Notes: generated by a model from the sequence alone, not told the origin. 60,160 nucleotides of DNA from Candidatus Magasanikbacteria bacterium RIFOXYD1_FULL_40_23 (GCA_001783215.1 MFRA01000001.1:1-60160), one strand, 5' to 3'. Positions 24,619 through 34,829 are shown, counted from the stretch's first letter. Made by a program: numbers and translations.

Positions 24619-25503
24619 TTAGATTTTTTCTTCCCAGCGGCGATCGGTTTCTACTTCTAGTTCTAGGAATACTTTTTTGTTTAGCGCAGCTTCTAGTTCT
24701 TTTCGTGTGGCGATGCCGATTTCTTTTATAGATCTTCCGCCTGCACCGATAATCATTTTTTTGTAACGACTGTCGTAAGTATAGACAGTTGCTTTTATTA
24801 CATATATATCTGGCTTTTCTTCCATTTCTTGCACTTCTACATGGGTAGTATACGGTACTTCTTGGCGTAGAGCTTTAAATATTTTTTCTCGGATTAGTTC
24901 GGCTACCCAGAATTTGGTGTTTATATTCGTTAGTTGATCTGATGGGTAAGTTGGAATACCAACTGGAAGAAGTTCGAACACTTTGTCTTTTAGAGGTTGG
25001 ATATGTCGGTTTTCTTCTGCAGATACTTCAAACACAGCTGTAAATTGATCTGCTAAAGCCAGGTAATCTTCTAGGAAAGTTTTTTCGTGGGCTGGTAGGT
25101 CTGTTTTGTTAATTACTAGTAATTTTGGTATTTCTTGGTTTCGTATCATGGCTAGAGTGGCTCGCTCTTCTACACCCAAAGACTTGGTAGGGTCGGCTAC
25201 ATACATTATGATGTCTATGCCCTGTAAGGCGTCGTGGGCTCGCTGGATGAGTTTACCCGACAATGGGTTGCCTTTATCTTTAAAGATACCCGGAGTGTCT
25301 ACAAAGACCGCCTGGCCTTGCGCAGTATTTAGCACACCGTGTATAATGTCTCTGGTAGTTTGAGGTTTATCGGTTACAGCTGCGAGTTTCTTACCTACCA
25401 AAGTGTTGAGAAGCGCAGATTTGCCCACGTTAGAACGGCCGATAAGGGTAACAAAACCGGATTTTAAAAGTGGGGTAGGGATTTCTTTTTTTGCCTTAAC
25501 CAT
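24619..25503 (-). CDS. era: GTPase Era
   Basis: 294 aa. GRSNVGKSALLN, DTPG, NKTD, C-terminal KH domain. Confidence 0.95.
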   Translation of the reverse strand: MVKAKKEIPTPLLKSGFVTLIGRSNVGKSALLNTLVGKKLAAVTDKPQTTRDIIHGVLNTAQGQAVFVDTPGIFKDKGNPLSGKLIQRAHDALQGIDIIMYVADPTKSLGVEERATLAMIRNQEIPKLLVINKTDLPAHEKTFLEDYLALADQFTAVFEVSAEENRHIQPLKDKVFELLPVGIPTYPSDQLTNINTKFWVAELIREKIFKALRQEVPYTTHVEVQEMEEKPDIYVIKATVYTYDSRYKKMIIGAGGRSIKEIGIATRKELEAALNKKVFLELEVETDRRWEEKI

Positions 25504-25572
25504 ATACAGTTTGTAATATTCTTAAGTTTGTACTACTATATACCAAATTGAGGGAAAAATCAAGGGTAGCGT

Positions 25573-26013
25573 ATGCGAGTGATTTTGATACAAAATGTGC
25601 CTGGACTTGGCAAGATAGACGACATAAAAGAAGCATCCGAAGGATATTCTAGGAATTTTTTATTTGCCAAAAATTTAGCTATACCAGCAACTGCCAAAGC
25701 GCTGCAAGAGGTGGAGGCTCGCCGCAATAGGCAAGTAAAAGACTTGGAGCAAGATTTGCGAGGGCAGCAAAGTTTGGCAGATAAGCTGGATGGTTTTGAA
25801 ATAAATATAAAAGAAAAGGTAAGTGCTTCGGGCGCATTATATGCGTCTGTTGGTCCGCAAAAAATATCCGAGATGCTGGCGAAATCAGGTTTCAAAATAG
25901 ATAAAAATCAAATTATAATTAAACCGGTAAAAGAAGTGGGGGAGTACAAGGCTACAATCAAGTTTGCTCATGGACTCGAGGCCGAAATAATTGTTAACGT
26001 TATTAAACTATAA
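25573..26013 (+). CDS. rplI: 50S ribosomal protein L9
   Basis: 146 aa. MRVILIQNVPGLGK..GYSRNFL. Confidence 0.9.
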   Translation: MRVILIQNVPGLGKIDDIKEASEGYSRNFLFAKNLAIPATAKALQEVEARRNRQVKDLEQDLRGQQSLADKLDGFEINIKEKVSASGALYASVGPQKISEMLAKSGFKIDKNQIIIKPVKEVGEYKATIKFAHGLEAEIIVNVIKL

Positions 26014-26025
26014 TTTTTCTGTTTT

Positions 26026-27657
26026 ATGTCTAGTAAAACAAAATATATTTTTGTTATTGGTGGTGTGTTAAGTGGGGTAGGAAAGGGTGTAACAACGGCT
26101 TCCATTGGCCGTATTTTTAAAAATAGAGGATTTAATGTTTCGGCTATTAAAATTGATCCATATATAAATGTAGATGCTGGTACAATGAATCCGGTAGAGC
26201 ATGGCGAAGTGTTTGTCACCGAAGACGGAGACGAAACAGATCAAGATTTGGGAAATTACGAAAGATTTTTGGAAACTGATATATATTCTTTTAACTACAT
26301 GACCACTGGTCGTGTATATTTGAGTGTAATAGAAAAAGAGCGCAGCATGTATTATAAAGGCAAGTGCGTAGAAGTTGTGCCTCATATTCCTATGGAGGTA
26401 ATCGGTCGCATAAAAACCGCCGCTGCCAAAACTAAAGCCGAGGTAATGGTGATAGAAGTAGGTGGAACTGCCGGTGAATACCAAAATATTTTGTTTTTGG
26501 AAGCTGCTCGCATGATGAAATTAGAAAATCCAGAAAGTGTTGCTTTTGTGTTGGTAAGTTATTTGCCTGTGCCAGGACATTTGGGAGAAATGAAAACCAA
26601 ACCAACACAATATGCTTCCCGCACTTTAAATGCCAGTGGTATTCAGGCAGATTTTATCGTAGCTCGTGGTCCGGCTGCGCTAGACAAACCAAGACGAGAA
26701 AAATTAGCTGTTTTGTGTGGTCTTCGCAGTGAAGATGATGTTATCGCTGCCCCAGATGTAAAAAGCATATATGAAATCCCTCAGGTTTTGGAAAAGCAAA
26801 AATTTGCTGAATTGCTAATGAAGAGGTTAAAAATAAAACCAAGAAAGTTAACAGACAAAGGTTGGGATAGCTTTGTAAATAAAATAGACAAGATTGAAAA
26901 ATCAATAAAAATTGCTGTGGTGGGTAAATATTTTGCTACCGGCGATTATACTTTATCCGATTCTTATATTTCGGTAATTAACGCGATCAAGCATGCTGCG
27001 TGGCACAATGGCGTAAATGCCGAACTTACTTGGGTAGATGCCGAAGAGTACGAAAAAAATCCTGGTAAAGTAAAGGAGTTGGGTAAGTACGACGCCCTAA
27101 TTGTTCCTGGGGGTTTTGGTACCAGAGGTATAGAAGGAATTATTTCTGCAATTAAATACGCTAGAGAAAACAATTTGCCATATTTGGGCTTGTGTTATGG
27201 TATGCAGCTTGCAACTATAGAATTCTCTCGTAATGTTTTGGGTTACAAAGATGCTCATACAGTAGAGTGCAATCCAAAGAGCAAAAATTTAATTATCAAT
27301 GTTAATTTAACTCAAGCGGACAATATAAAGAACGAACGTTATGGTGGTACTATGCGTCTCGGTGCGTATGATTGTGATTTAAAGCCGGGTAGTCATGCTA
27401 GAGAACAATATAAAACAGACAAAATCAGCGAACGTCATCGTCATCGTTATGAATTTGATAATAAGTATAGAGAAGAAATGGAAAGTAAGGGCATGGAAGT
27501 AACTGGTGTAAACCCGCAATCAAATTTAGTAGAAATAGTAGAATTAAAAAAACACCCATATTTTGTTGGAGTGCAATTTCATCCAGAATTCAAATCTAGG
27601 TTTTTACAGCCACATCCACTGTTTGTTGGGTTGGTAAGGGCAGTATTAAAAAAGTAA
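26026..27657 (+). CDS. pyrG: CTP synthase
   Basis: 543 aa. GGVLSGVGKG, and a GATase domain with GLCYGMQ and HPEF. Confidence 0.97.
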   Translation: MSSKTKYIFVIGGVLSGVGKGVTTASIGRIFKNRGFNVSAIKIDPYINVDAGTMNPVEHGEVFVTEDGDETDQDLGNYERFLETDIYSFNYMTTGRVYLSVIEKERSMYYKGKCVEVVPHIPMEVIGRIKTAAAKTKAEVMVIEVGGTAGEYQNILFLEAARMMKLENPESVAFVLVSYLPVPGHLGEMKTKPTQYASRTLNASGIQADFIVARGPAALDKPRREKLAVLCGLRSEDDVIAAPDVKSIYEIPQVLEKQKFAELLMKRLKIKPRKLTDKGWDSFVNKIDKIEKSIKIAVVGKYFATGDYTLSDSYISVINAIKHAAWHNGVNAELTWVDAEEYEKNPGKVKELGKYDALIVPGGFGTRGIEGIISAIKYARENNLPYLGLCYGMQLATIEFSRNVLGYKDAHTVECNPKSKNLIINVNLTQADNIKNERYGGTMRLGAYDCDLKPGSHAREQYKTDKISERHRHRYEFDNKYREEMESKGMEVTGVNPQSNLVEIVELKKHPYFVGVQFHPEFKSRFLQPHPLFVGLVRAVLKK

Positions 27658-27658
27658 T

Positions 27659-27686
27659 TTGACTTTAATCAATCATATTGTATACT
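27659..27686 (+). promoter_or_regulatory. sigma70-like promoter of a small GC-rich cassette
   Basis: TTGACT 27659-27664, 16 nt, TATACT 27681-27686. Confidence 0.55.
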
Positions 27687-27709
27687 CCTTAAACAAGGAG
27701 GATTTTGCC

Positions 27710-27967
27710 ATGTCCGAACAAAGGCATAAAGTGGGGGATGTGCTTTCAAATGGCGTTGTTATAACAGAGGAGTTGTTGGAAGCAATGGCCAAGTTTGAAT
27801 CGCAGGGCGTAGATCCTGAGGATGAAGCTCGGATTAATGCTTTGCTTCGTCAAGGTGCTGAAGAGAACGCACGTATTCTGAAGGATTCTCGTGCATGTCG
27901 TTGTTATACAGAAGGCGGAGTGCGCTTAACTGGCGCACATTGTCCGATGCACACTGTGTACCGCTAA
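27710..27967 (+). CDS. hypothetical small protein with C-terminal Cys/His cluster (GC-rich cassette)
   Basis: 85 aa from ATG 27710 with AAGGAGG at 27695-27701. C-terminus is CRCYTEGGVRLTGAHCPMH. Confidence 0.65.
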   Translation: MSEQRHKVGDVLSNGVVITEELLEAMAKFESQGVDPEDEARINALLRQGAEENARILKDSRACRCYTEGGVRLTGAHCPMHTVYR

Positions 27968-27992
27968 ATATCATGGCTTTGGCAAAAAATCA

Positions 27993-28015
27993 GGGAGCAG
28001 TATAAAACTGCTCCC
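27993..28015. terminator. shared hairpin terminator (stronger for the minus-strand WbaP-like gene)
   Basis: gggagcag-tataaaa-ctgctccc. The T-run is on the minus-strand side. Confidence 0.6.
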
Positions 28016-28035
28016 TTAATATTAAAAAGTAAATT

Positions 28036-29418
28036 CTATCTCCCAGCCAATCGAATAATAGTGTTTACAGTTCGAAGTAATATAGATATATCCAAAGTAA
28101 AATTTCGATTTTTAATATAATACAAATCGTATTCTAGTTTGCGCAAGTTTTCTTCTATGGTTCCATAGTACGACTCTTGTACTTGAGCCCAACCGGTTAG
28201 ACCCGGTTTGATTAAGTGTCGCAGAGAATAAAAAGGCATTTGTTCGGTAATCTGGTTTACAAATTCTGGGCGCTCTGGGCGAGGGCCAATAAACGACATG
28301 TGACCCTTTAGGATATTTATAAATTGAGGAATTTCATCTATGCGAGTAAGTCGTAGCACTTTACCTACAGACGTAATTCGGGTATCTTTTGTGGTAGCAA
28401 ATTGCGGGCCATTAGTTTCGGCACTGCCATCGGCAGATAGGCTTTTCATGGTGCGATATTTGTAAACTTTAAAAATCATACCGCCCCGACCTACTCTATT
28501 TTGAGAAAAGAATACCTGTCCTTTGGAGCTTAGTTTGATGGCTAGGGCGACAAGAGGGAAAGTTATAATAAAAAATATACCAACAATTATTGCCAAAAGG
28601 TAATCACTTAAAATTCGTAAGCGATCGTAAATCTTTTTTTGTTGTTCTTGTAAATGCGCTACAAACCAACCTTCAGAAAAAGTAAATGGGGGAATGCGAT
28701 GCATGGTAGATTCGTAGAAATCAGAAAGACTAATGATACTTATTTGGTGAAAAAGACTTTGGTAGAGTTCTTTTAGTAGGTTGCTGTTTGTGGCCATGTG
28801 CGGCGCAAGCACGATTATGTTTACACCTTCTTTGTTTTGTTTATTTATTTCTGCAATGGTATTTCCTAAAACAACACCTGATCCTTTTAGTGATGAAGCA
28901 AGTTCAAGGTTATCATTTCCAGAAATTATGCCTGCCACACAGTATCCAGATTGCGGTTCTTGTTTGATATGGTTTATAAGTTCGACTACTTCTGGGGTAA
29001 TACCAGCAAAAACAGTGTTGTATTTTAGGTTCAGTACAATAAATCTGTTGTAAAGAAAACGCCACACAGAAATAAAACCGAAACCAACCAGAGAAGTGAG
29101 TAGTAAAATAGTTTTTGGAGAGATAGATTGTTTTGGGTTAATATAGAAATAAATAATACCAAATACAATCCAAACCAAGGCGCTAGTTATAATTTTTTGG
29201 TAGAAAACCCAGGAATTTTTGGCTTTGGTTACATCGTATAAGCCGGCAATAAACATGATGATTGTAGCCAAGAAAAACAGCAAGGTCATTGGTGCCAACA
29301 GGTTTATGAAATTTTGCCCAGGGGTTGTTAAGTATCTTAAATATATGCCAAAATATAGGCCGGCGTATAAGCCAGCGAAATCACCGATTAAGAGGGTAAT
29401 TTGTTTGAGACGGTACAT
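28036..29418 (-). CDS. polyprenyl-phosphate glycosyl-1-phosphate transferase (WbaP/EpsL-like bacterial sugar transferase)
   Basis: 460 aa from ATG 29418 (MYRLKQ). The longer track ORF would overlap the divergent protease gene. C-terminal PRPERPEF...GLTGWAQV. Confidence 0.88.
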   Translation of the reverse strand: MYRLKQITLLIGDFAGLYAGLYFGIYLRYLTTPGQNFINLLAPMTLLFFLATIIMFIAGLYDVTKAKNSWVFYQKIITSALVWIVFGIIYFYINPKQSISPKTILLLTSLVGFGFISVWRFLYNRFIVLNLKYNTVFAGITPEVVELINHIKQEPQSGYCVAGIISGNDNLELASSLKGSGVVLGNTIAEINKQNKEGVNIIVLAPHMATNSNLLKELYQSLFHQISIISLSDFYESTMHRIPPFTFSEGWFVAHLQEQQKKIYDRLRILSDYLLAIIVGIFFIITFPLVALAIKLSSKGQVFFSQNRVGRGGMIFKVYKYRTMKSLSADGSAETNGPQFATTKDTRITSVGKVLRLTRIDEIPQFINILKGHMSFIGPRPERPEFVNQITEQMPFYSLRHLIKPGLTGWAQVQESYYGTIEENLRKLEYDLYYIKNRNFTLDISILLRTVNTIIRLAGR

Positions 29419-29441
29419 ATTATGGTATAATATCCGCAAAT

Positions 29442-30965
29442 ATGTCTGAATTCTACCCCAAATTAGGCAAAAAATCAATAGTAGCCGGGCTTTTAGCTTC
29501 GGCAGCTTTTTTGGTTCATTCAGACGCTGTTTTGGCCAAAATACCAAACGACCCTTATTATAGTTTGCAAGAATCATTTTATAACCAGATTGGGGCTCCG
29601 CAAGCCTGGGAGTATACTACCGGCGGTAGTGATGTAGTAGTAGCTGTAATAGATACAGGCGTAGATATTAACCATGAAGATTTAAAAAACAATATTTGGA
29701 GAAATCCAAAAGAAATTTTTGGCAACGCTATTGATGATGATGCGAATGGTTTTATAGATGATATAAACGGTTGGAATTTTGTTGAACATAACAATGATGT
29801 TAGTATTTCTGCCATTTTAGAATCAAACGATTCTGGCGCTGTAAACCATGGTACAATTTTGGCCGGCCTTATTGGTGCAGAAGGCGATAACAGTGCTTTG
29901 GGAACCGGTTTGAACTGGAGCGCTAAAATTATGCCGCTTAGAGCGATAGGCAGTAATGGAGATGGGGTGTTGGCAGATGTTGCAAGGGCAGTAAATTACG
30001 CAGTAGATAATGGAGCTCATATTATAAGTATAAGTTTTGTTGGCGCATCTACTTATCCAGAATTAACCGATAGTTTATTTAGAGCTTATAAAAAAGGTGT
30101 GTTGGTAGTGGTGTCTGCCGGAAATAGTAGAAATGATAGTAGTGGTAATGAAAACTTAACAAAAGTTAAACAATATCCAATTTGTTTGGACTCTGATTCT
30201 TCCGAAAACTGGATATTGGGAGTTGGTTCAGTTGATCATAAAGATCAATTAAGTATTTTTGGCGATTATGGCAGCTGCATAGATATTTCTGCTCCGGGAG
30301 AAAGAATTTTTAGTACTCAAAAATTTGCCCCACAGTATGGTTATACCAAAAATTTTGATGGTGCGTGGAGTGGAACTTCTTTTTCGGCGCCGTTAGTAGC
30401 CGGAAGTGCAGCACTTATCAAATCTATCCGTCCAGATTGGAGTGCCAAAGAAATTATGGCTAATTTGCTTCATAGTGCCGAAGATGTCGATGGATTAAAT
30501 CCTGGTTTTGCCGGGCAGATGGGTTATGGTCGGTTAAATGTGGGCAAGGCTGTGGCTATAGCTTTTACATCCAAAAATGCGCCACCTCCGCCACCAGTTG
30601 TTTGGACAAGCAAATTAATTAGTAATAAAAAAACTAATATGGTTCAGGTTGCGACAGACGGTAAAGTTTTGCGTGAATTTCCATTAACAAACTATTCGCC
30701 AAAGTTTTCTAGGTGGGTTATGAAGGACGATTTGTTTGTCTATGCCAGGTTTGAAAAAAATAAAATAATAGTAGATGCTTGGGATTTGGTAGGTAATAAG
30801 AAATTGTCTAATTTTGTTTTGGTTGGATTATCTTCTTTGTCCGATTTAAAAATAGAAAATCTGTGGGGGTACGATCCAAACGCAGTTTTGTTTGTAAAAA
30901 AAGGAAAAGTAAATCAGAAAATTATTATTGATATTGCTAGTAAGAGCTGGAAGGCAGAAGAGTAG
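29442..30965 (+). CDS. secreted subtilisin-like serine protease (S8)
   Basis: 507 aa. Signal peptide. D (VAVIDTGVD), H (HGTILAGL), S (GTSFSAPLVAG). Confidence 0.9.
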   Translation: MSEFYPKLGKKSIVAGLLASAAFLVHSDAVLAKIPNDPYYSLQESFYNQIGAPQAWEYTTGGSDVVVAVIDTGVDINHEDLKNNIWRNPKEIFGNAIDDDANGFIDDINGWNFVEHNNDVSISAILESNDSGAVNHGTILAGLIGAEGDNSALGTGLNWSAKIMPLRAIGSNGDGVLADVARAVNYAVDNGAHIISISFVGASTYPELTDSLFRAYKKGVLVVVSAGNSRNDSSGNENLTKVKQYPICLDSDSSENWILGVGSVDHKDQLSIFGDYGSCIDISAPGERIFSTQKFAPQYGYTKNFDGAWSGTSFSAPLVAGSAALIKSIRPDWSAKEIMANLLHSAEDVDGLNPGFAGQMGYGRLNVGKAVAIAFTSKNAPPPPPVVWTSKLISNKKTNMVQVATDGKVLREFPLTNYSPKFSRWVMKDDLFVYARFEKNKIIVDAWDLVGNKKLSNFVLVGLSSLSDLKIENLWGYDPNAVLFVKKGKVNQKIIIDIASKSWKAEE

Positions 30966-30971
30966 AATAAA

Positions 30972-31005
30972 GAATGGCTTGATAAAAGCCGTTCTTTATT
31001 ATAGT
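30972..31005 (+). promoter_or_regulatory. terminator hairpin with TTGATA in its loop, plus possible -10
   Basis: agaatggc-ttgataaaa-gccgttct. TATAGT at 31000-31005. The 15-nt spacer is short, so the promoter call is weak. Confidence 0.4.
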
Positions 31006-31031
31006 GTTAAACGATAACAACAGGAGGATGT

Positions 31032-31472
31032 ATGTTTTCTCCAGAGAATCCCATGCGAGAGAATGTGAAAAATTTGGATAAACCCTTTAGCGTAGACCAA
31101 GACGGTAATCTGGTAACAATGGCCGAATACGTTGCTGTCTACGGGCACGAGAGGGTACGGGCTGCAATTCACAGTCCCACGCCGGATCAGACCCGTACAA
31201 TCAAGGCCGTAGGCAAGTTTACCAAGGATGATTTGTTTAAATTGGCCGAAGCGTTCGTTTTGGACGGAGGCGACGATGTGGCTGTAGTATCAATTAGTGG
31301 TAATAGCTATGATAAACAGCAGAGGATCGACTCTGTTCGTAATAGGGGTTCGTACGGACAACAATTTGTCCATGGTCTGCACGGTATGATGCGCATGACC
31401 GATAGCGCGATCCGAGGTGGGTGGATCGAGTTTGTGGTGGTGCCGGCATATCTGGAAATTCCAGATCTGTAA
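31032..31472 (+). CDS. hypothetical protein (GC-rich cassette inside the glycan cluster)
   Basis: 146 aa. AGGAGG at 31022-31027. No recognisable motif. Confidence 0.7.
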   Translation: MFSPENPMRENVKNLDKPFSVDQDGNLVTMAEYVAVYGHERVRAAIHSPTPDQTRTIKAVGKFTKDDLFKLAEAFVLDGGDDVAVVSISGNSYDKQQRIDSVRNRGSYGQQFVHGLHGMMRMTDSAIRGGWIEFVVVPAYLEIPDL

Positions 31473-31482
31473 GTTTTGTTTC

Positions 31483-31518
31483 GGGGCACATATGCAATGC
31501 GTAGGTGTCCTCTTTTTT
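31483..31518 (+). terminator. terminator of the cassette
   Basis: gggcac...gtgtcc stem followed by tctttttt. Confidence 0.5.
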
Positions 31519-31528
31519 ATAGATTATA

Positions 31529-31557
31529 TTGTCAATAAAGGTGGAAAATGTTACAAT
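31529..31557 (+). promoter_or_regulatory. sigma70-like promoter of the epimerase/glycosyltransferase operon
   Basis: TTGTCA 31529-31534, 17 nt, TACAAT 31552-31557. A 120-nt leader follows. Confidence 0.6.
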
Positions 31558-31677
31558 TTAACTATCGTTCCGAATCTCTCGAGTGCTCGGGGTTGTTTTC
31601 GCTAGAGGTAGTCGGGATGGCAATTTAGACATTTAAATATTTGTCATTAATTTGAAATTAGAAATTAGAATTTTTTT

Positions 31678-32697
31678 ATGGACACTCCTATTTTTGAGAA
31701 AAAAAATGTCTTAGTCACCGGCGGGGCTGGGTTTATTGGCTCTCATCTTTGCGAAAGGTTGCTCAAAGAAGCCAAAGTTATTTGTCTGGATGATTTTTCT
31801 AATTCAACACCTGCTAACATTAGCCATTTATTGCAATATCCGGATTTTGAGTTCATAAAATATGATGTTAACCAGCCGATAGATTTAGACAGATTTGATG
31901 AGCTAGATAAATTTAGGGTGAAATATCAGGGTATTCAAGAGGTTTATCATTTGGCTTGCCCAACTAGCCCAAACGATTTTGAAAAATTAAAAATGAAGTC
32001 TTTGTGGGCAAATTCTTCCTCTATGATTAGCACGCTTGATTTGGCAGTAAAATACAAAGCCAAGTATGTTTTTAGCTCCAGCTCAGTAGTTTATGGCAAC
32101 GCCACAGACAACAAATCTGTTTTTAAAGAAGATGATAAGGGTGTAGTAGATCATTTGTCTCCGCGAGCCTGTTACGACGAAGGCAAACGTTTCGCCGAAA
32201 CTTGCGTGGCCACTTATAGACAGGTTTATGGCATAGATGCCAAAATCGCCAGAGTGTTTACTACATACGGTCCGCATATGAAGATTTTCGAAGGGCAAAT
32301 GATCCCAGATTTTATTATTAGCGCACTGGATGGAAAAAACTTAACCATAAATGGCGATGAAAATTTTTCCACTTCTTTTTGTTATGTTACAGATTTGGTA
32401 GATGGTTTGGTGCGTCTTATGTCCAGCTCCCCAGATGTGCAAATTGTAAATTTGGGCGATGATAAGATTGTAAAGGTTGTAGATGTTGCCAATGCTATAA
32501 TTGCTGCCACCAACTCTTCTTCGCAAGTTGTTTTTGAAAAACCTTTATTATTTTTGACCAGAAAAGGCGCTCCAGATTTGGCCTATGCCAGAGATGTGTT
32601 AGGGTGGATGCCTCTCGTACGCCTTCAAGATGGGCTAGAAAAGACTATAGACTATACTATTGCCAACAAAGAGGCGATGATGTTTAATCAGGGGTAA
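31678..32697 (+). CDS. NAD-dependent epimerase/dehydratase, UDP-glucuronate decarboxylase (UXS)-like
   Basis: 339 aa. VTGGAGFIGSHL, YDEGKR catalytic motif. Confidence 0.88.
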   Translation: MDTPIFEKKNVLVTGGAGFIGSHLCERLLKEAKVICLDDFSNSTPANISHLLQYPDFEFIKYDVNQPIDLDRFDELDKFRVKYQGIQEVYHLACPTSPNDFEKLKMKSLWANSSSMISTLDLAVKYKAKYVFSSSSVVYGNATDNKSVFKEDDKGVVDHLSPRACYDEGKRFAETCVATYRQVYGIDAKIARVFTTYGPHMKIFEGQMIPDFIISALDGKNLTINGDENFSTSFCYVTDLVDGLVRLMSSSPDVQIVNLGDDKIVKVVDVANAIIAATNSSSQVVFEKPLLFLTRKGAPDLAYARDVLGWMPLVRLQDGLEKTIDYTIANKEAMMFNQG

Positions 32698-32706
32698 GAT
32701 GAGTCT

Positions 32707-33369
32707 ATGTTGTTTGTAATAGTCCCTGCCTATAACGAAGAAAAGAATATCGGTCGCGTTCTTGGCGGCCTTTTTAGTCATGGACACAAAAATGTTGTGG
32801 TAGTAGATGACGGCTCTACAGATAATACAGCCCAGGCTGCGGCTGAAGCTGGAGCTACGGTGTTGCGACACGAGGTAAATAGAGGGCAGGGAGCAGCTTT
32901 GCAAACTGGTAATGACTTTGCTTTGCAAAAAGGAGCCAGTGTGGTGGTTCACTTTGACGCAGATGGCCAGTTTAATCCGGCAGACATAGAGATTGCGCTA
33001 GGTGCCATGAAAAATAATAATGCAGACGTGCTTTTGGGTTCTCGTTTTTTGGATAATAGGTCCGAAATTCCGTGGACAAAAAAATATATTGTTTTACCAA
33101 TCAGTCGGTTTATAAATAGATTGCTTACAGGGTTAAAATTAACAGATGTTCATAATGGTTTTAGAATTTTGTCGCGACCCGCACTGGAAAAAATAAATAT
33201 TTCTCAAGATAGGATGGCTCATAATTCGGAAATAATAAAACAAATAAGACAGCACAAGCTAAATTTTGTAGAACACCCAGTAGAAGTAAAATATTTTAAA
33301 TACGGCCAGGGTGTAGATGGTGGAATAAAAATCTTACAAGATATTTTGGCTGCTAAATTTTTGAAATAA
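32707..33369 (+). CDS. glycosyltransferase family 2
   Basis: 220 aa. VPAYNEE, DDGSTD, DAD motifs. Confidence 0.88.
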   Translation: MLFVIVPAYNEEKNIGRVLGGLFSHGHKNVVVVDDGSTDNTAQAAAEAGATVLRHEVNRGQGAALQTGNDFALQKGASVVVHFDADGQFNPADIEIALGAMKNNNADVLLGSRFLDNRSEIPWTKKYIVLPISRFINRLLTGLKLTDVHNGFRILSRPALEKINISQDRMAHNSEIIKQIRQHKLNFVEHPVEVKYFKYGQGVDGGIKILQDILAAKFLK

Positions 33370-33372
33370 TAT

Positions 33373-33705
33373 ATGTTTCTTATCCAAATTTTGCTCGTAG
33401 TTTTTTTCTTGTTCGCTCTATCCAAAGTAATTGGTCGTTTTAGGGTGGGCGATCTTGGTTTGGCAGGAGTAGTTGGTTGGGTTTTATTTTGGGTTGCTGC
33501 TATGGTGGTGGCGCTACTACCGAACTCTACAGCCAGATTGGCCGAATTTGTTGGTATTGGCCGCGGTGCAGACTTGGTGGTCTATGTAGCTTTGGCCGGG
33601 ATATTTTTTATTATCTTTAAGCTAATAGTGAAAATAGAGATATTAAATAGAGAAATTACCAAGCTGACTAGAAAAATTTCTTTACAAGATAGAAATAAGC
33701 CATAA
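33373..33705 (+). CDS. small membrane protein, DUF2304-like partner of the GT2
   Basis: 110 aa, three hydrophobic segments, position directly after the GT2. Confidence 0.6.
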   Translation: MFLIQILLVVFFLFALSKVIGRFRVGDLGLAGVVGWVLFWVAAMVVALLPNSTARLAEFVGIGRGADLVVYVALAGIFFIIFKLIVKIEILNREITKLTRKISLQDRNKP

Positions 33706-33716
33706 GATAAACAAGT

Positions 33717-34829
33717 ATGTCGCGTATTGCCCATGTAGTTTCTACTTTTTCGCCACAGTTAGGTGGTATGGGTAGTGTTTGTGCTAGTGAAGCGCAAGCT
33801 ATGGCCGAACAAGGGCACGATGTAACAGTGTTTACTTTGCAATATTCTGGCAAACAAGATTATTCTGAAGAAGATAAAAAGTTTCTCTTTAAAGTAGTTA
33901 GATTAAAACCACTTGTTAAATTAGGTGATGCCGGACTGGTTCCGCAAATACTTTGGAAGATAGGCAAGAAATTTGATTTGGTACATTTGCACTATCCTTT
34001 TTATGGTGGAGCCGAATGGCTAAATTTTGTTAGTGTACCAATGGTAATTACTTACCATATGGATGCTCAGGCTACCGGAGTAAAGTACATTATTCAAAAA
34101 GTATACGATTTTATTTGGCCAAGGATTTTGTTTACTAAAGCCAAAAAAGTAATTACAGTTGATAGTAGTTTTAATAGCTCAAGATTTTTAAAGGGTGTGC
34201 CGCTGGATAGAGTGGTAGAAATACCTAACGGTGTAGATACAAATATATTTAAGCCGCAAATAGCGGATTTGGGGGCTTTACACCTGGCAGATTTGCAAGA
34301 CAAAAAAATTATTTTATTTGTTGGCAATCTTTTGCCTTTGAAACGTTTGGATTTAGCTATTAGATCGATAAAATTATTAAATAACAAAGATGTAGTATTA
34401 TTGGTGGTGGGCGGGGGAGACGGTGTTGAAAATTATAAGCAGATAGCAAAAGATTTGGGTGTAGATTCGCAGGTAAGATTTGTTGGTCCTTGTGCCGATA
34501 GGGCCAAATTGGCGCAGTATTATAACGCAGCGTTTTGTGTGGTTGTACCCTCGGATTATGAATCGTTTTCTTTGGTGGCCATAGAAGCGATGGCTTGCGG
34601 CAAACCGCTCGTGTTGAGTGATTTAGATATTTTTAAAAATAAATTTAGTGGTGCAGTATTTTTTGAAAAAGGTTCGGAGATTAGTTTAAAAAATGCTCTA
34701 CAAGAAACATTCGCGTTATCTGAAGAAGAGCGAGATGTGGCTGGCAAGCGGGGCAGAGAGGAAGTCCTGAAAAATTTTTCTTGGGAAAGTCATATAAATA
34801 AATTAAAAGAATTGTATGTCCGAATTTAA
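33717..34829 (+). CDS. glycosyltransferase family 1 (GT4-type, GT-B fold)
   Basis: 370 aa. C-terminal E-x7-E-like region (SDYESFSLVAIEAMACGKPLV). Confidence 0.88.
   Translation: MSRIAHVVSTFSPQLGGMGSVCASEAQAMAEQGHDVTVFTLQYSGKQDYSEEDKKFLFKVVRLKPLVKLGDAGLVPQILWKIGKKFDLVHLHYPFYGGAEWLNFVSVPMVITYHMDAQATGVKYIIQKVYDFIWPRILFTKAKKVITVDSSFNSSRFLKGVPLDRVVEIPNGVDTNIFKPQIADLGALHLADLQDKKIILFVGNLLPLKRLDLAIRSIKLLNNKDVVLLVVGGGDGVENYKQIAKDLGVDSQVRFVGPCADRAKLAQYYNAAFCVVVPSDYESFSLVAIEAMACGKPLVLSDLDIFKNKFSGAVFFEKGSEISLKNALQETFALSEEERDVAGKRGREEVLKNFSWESHINKLKELYVRI

Noticed and set aside
31558-31677. Possible riboswitch in the 120-nt leader of the epimerase operon.
   Set aside because: Only short (4-bp) helices could be drawn by eye and there is no resemblance to a known class. 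Insufficient support.
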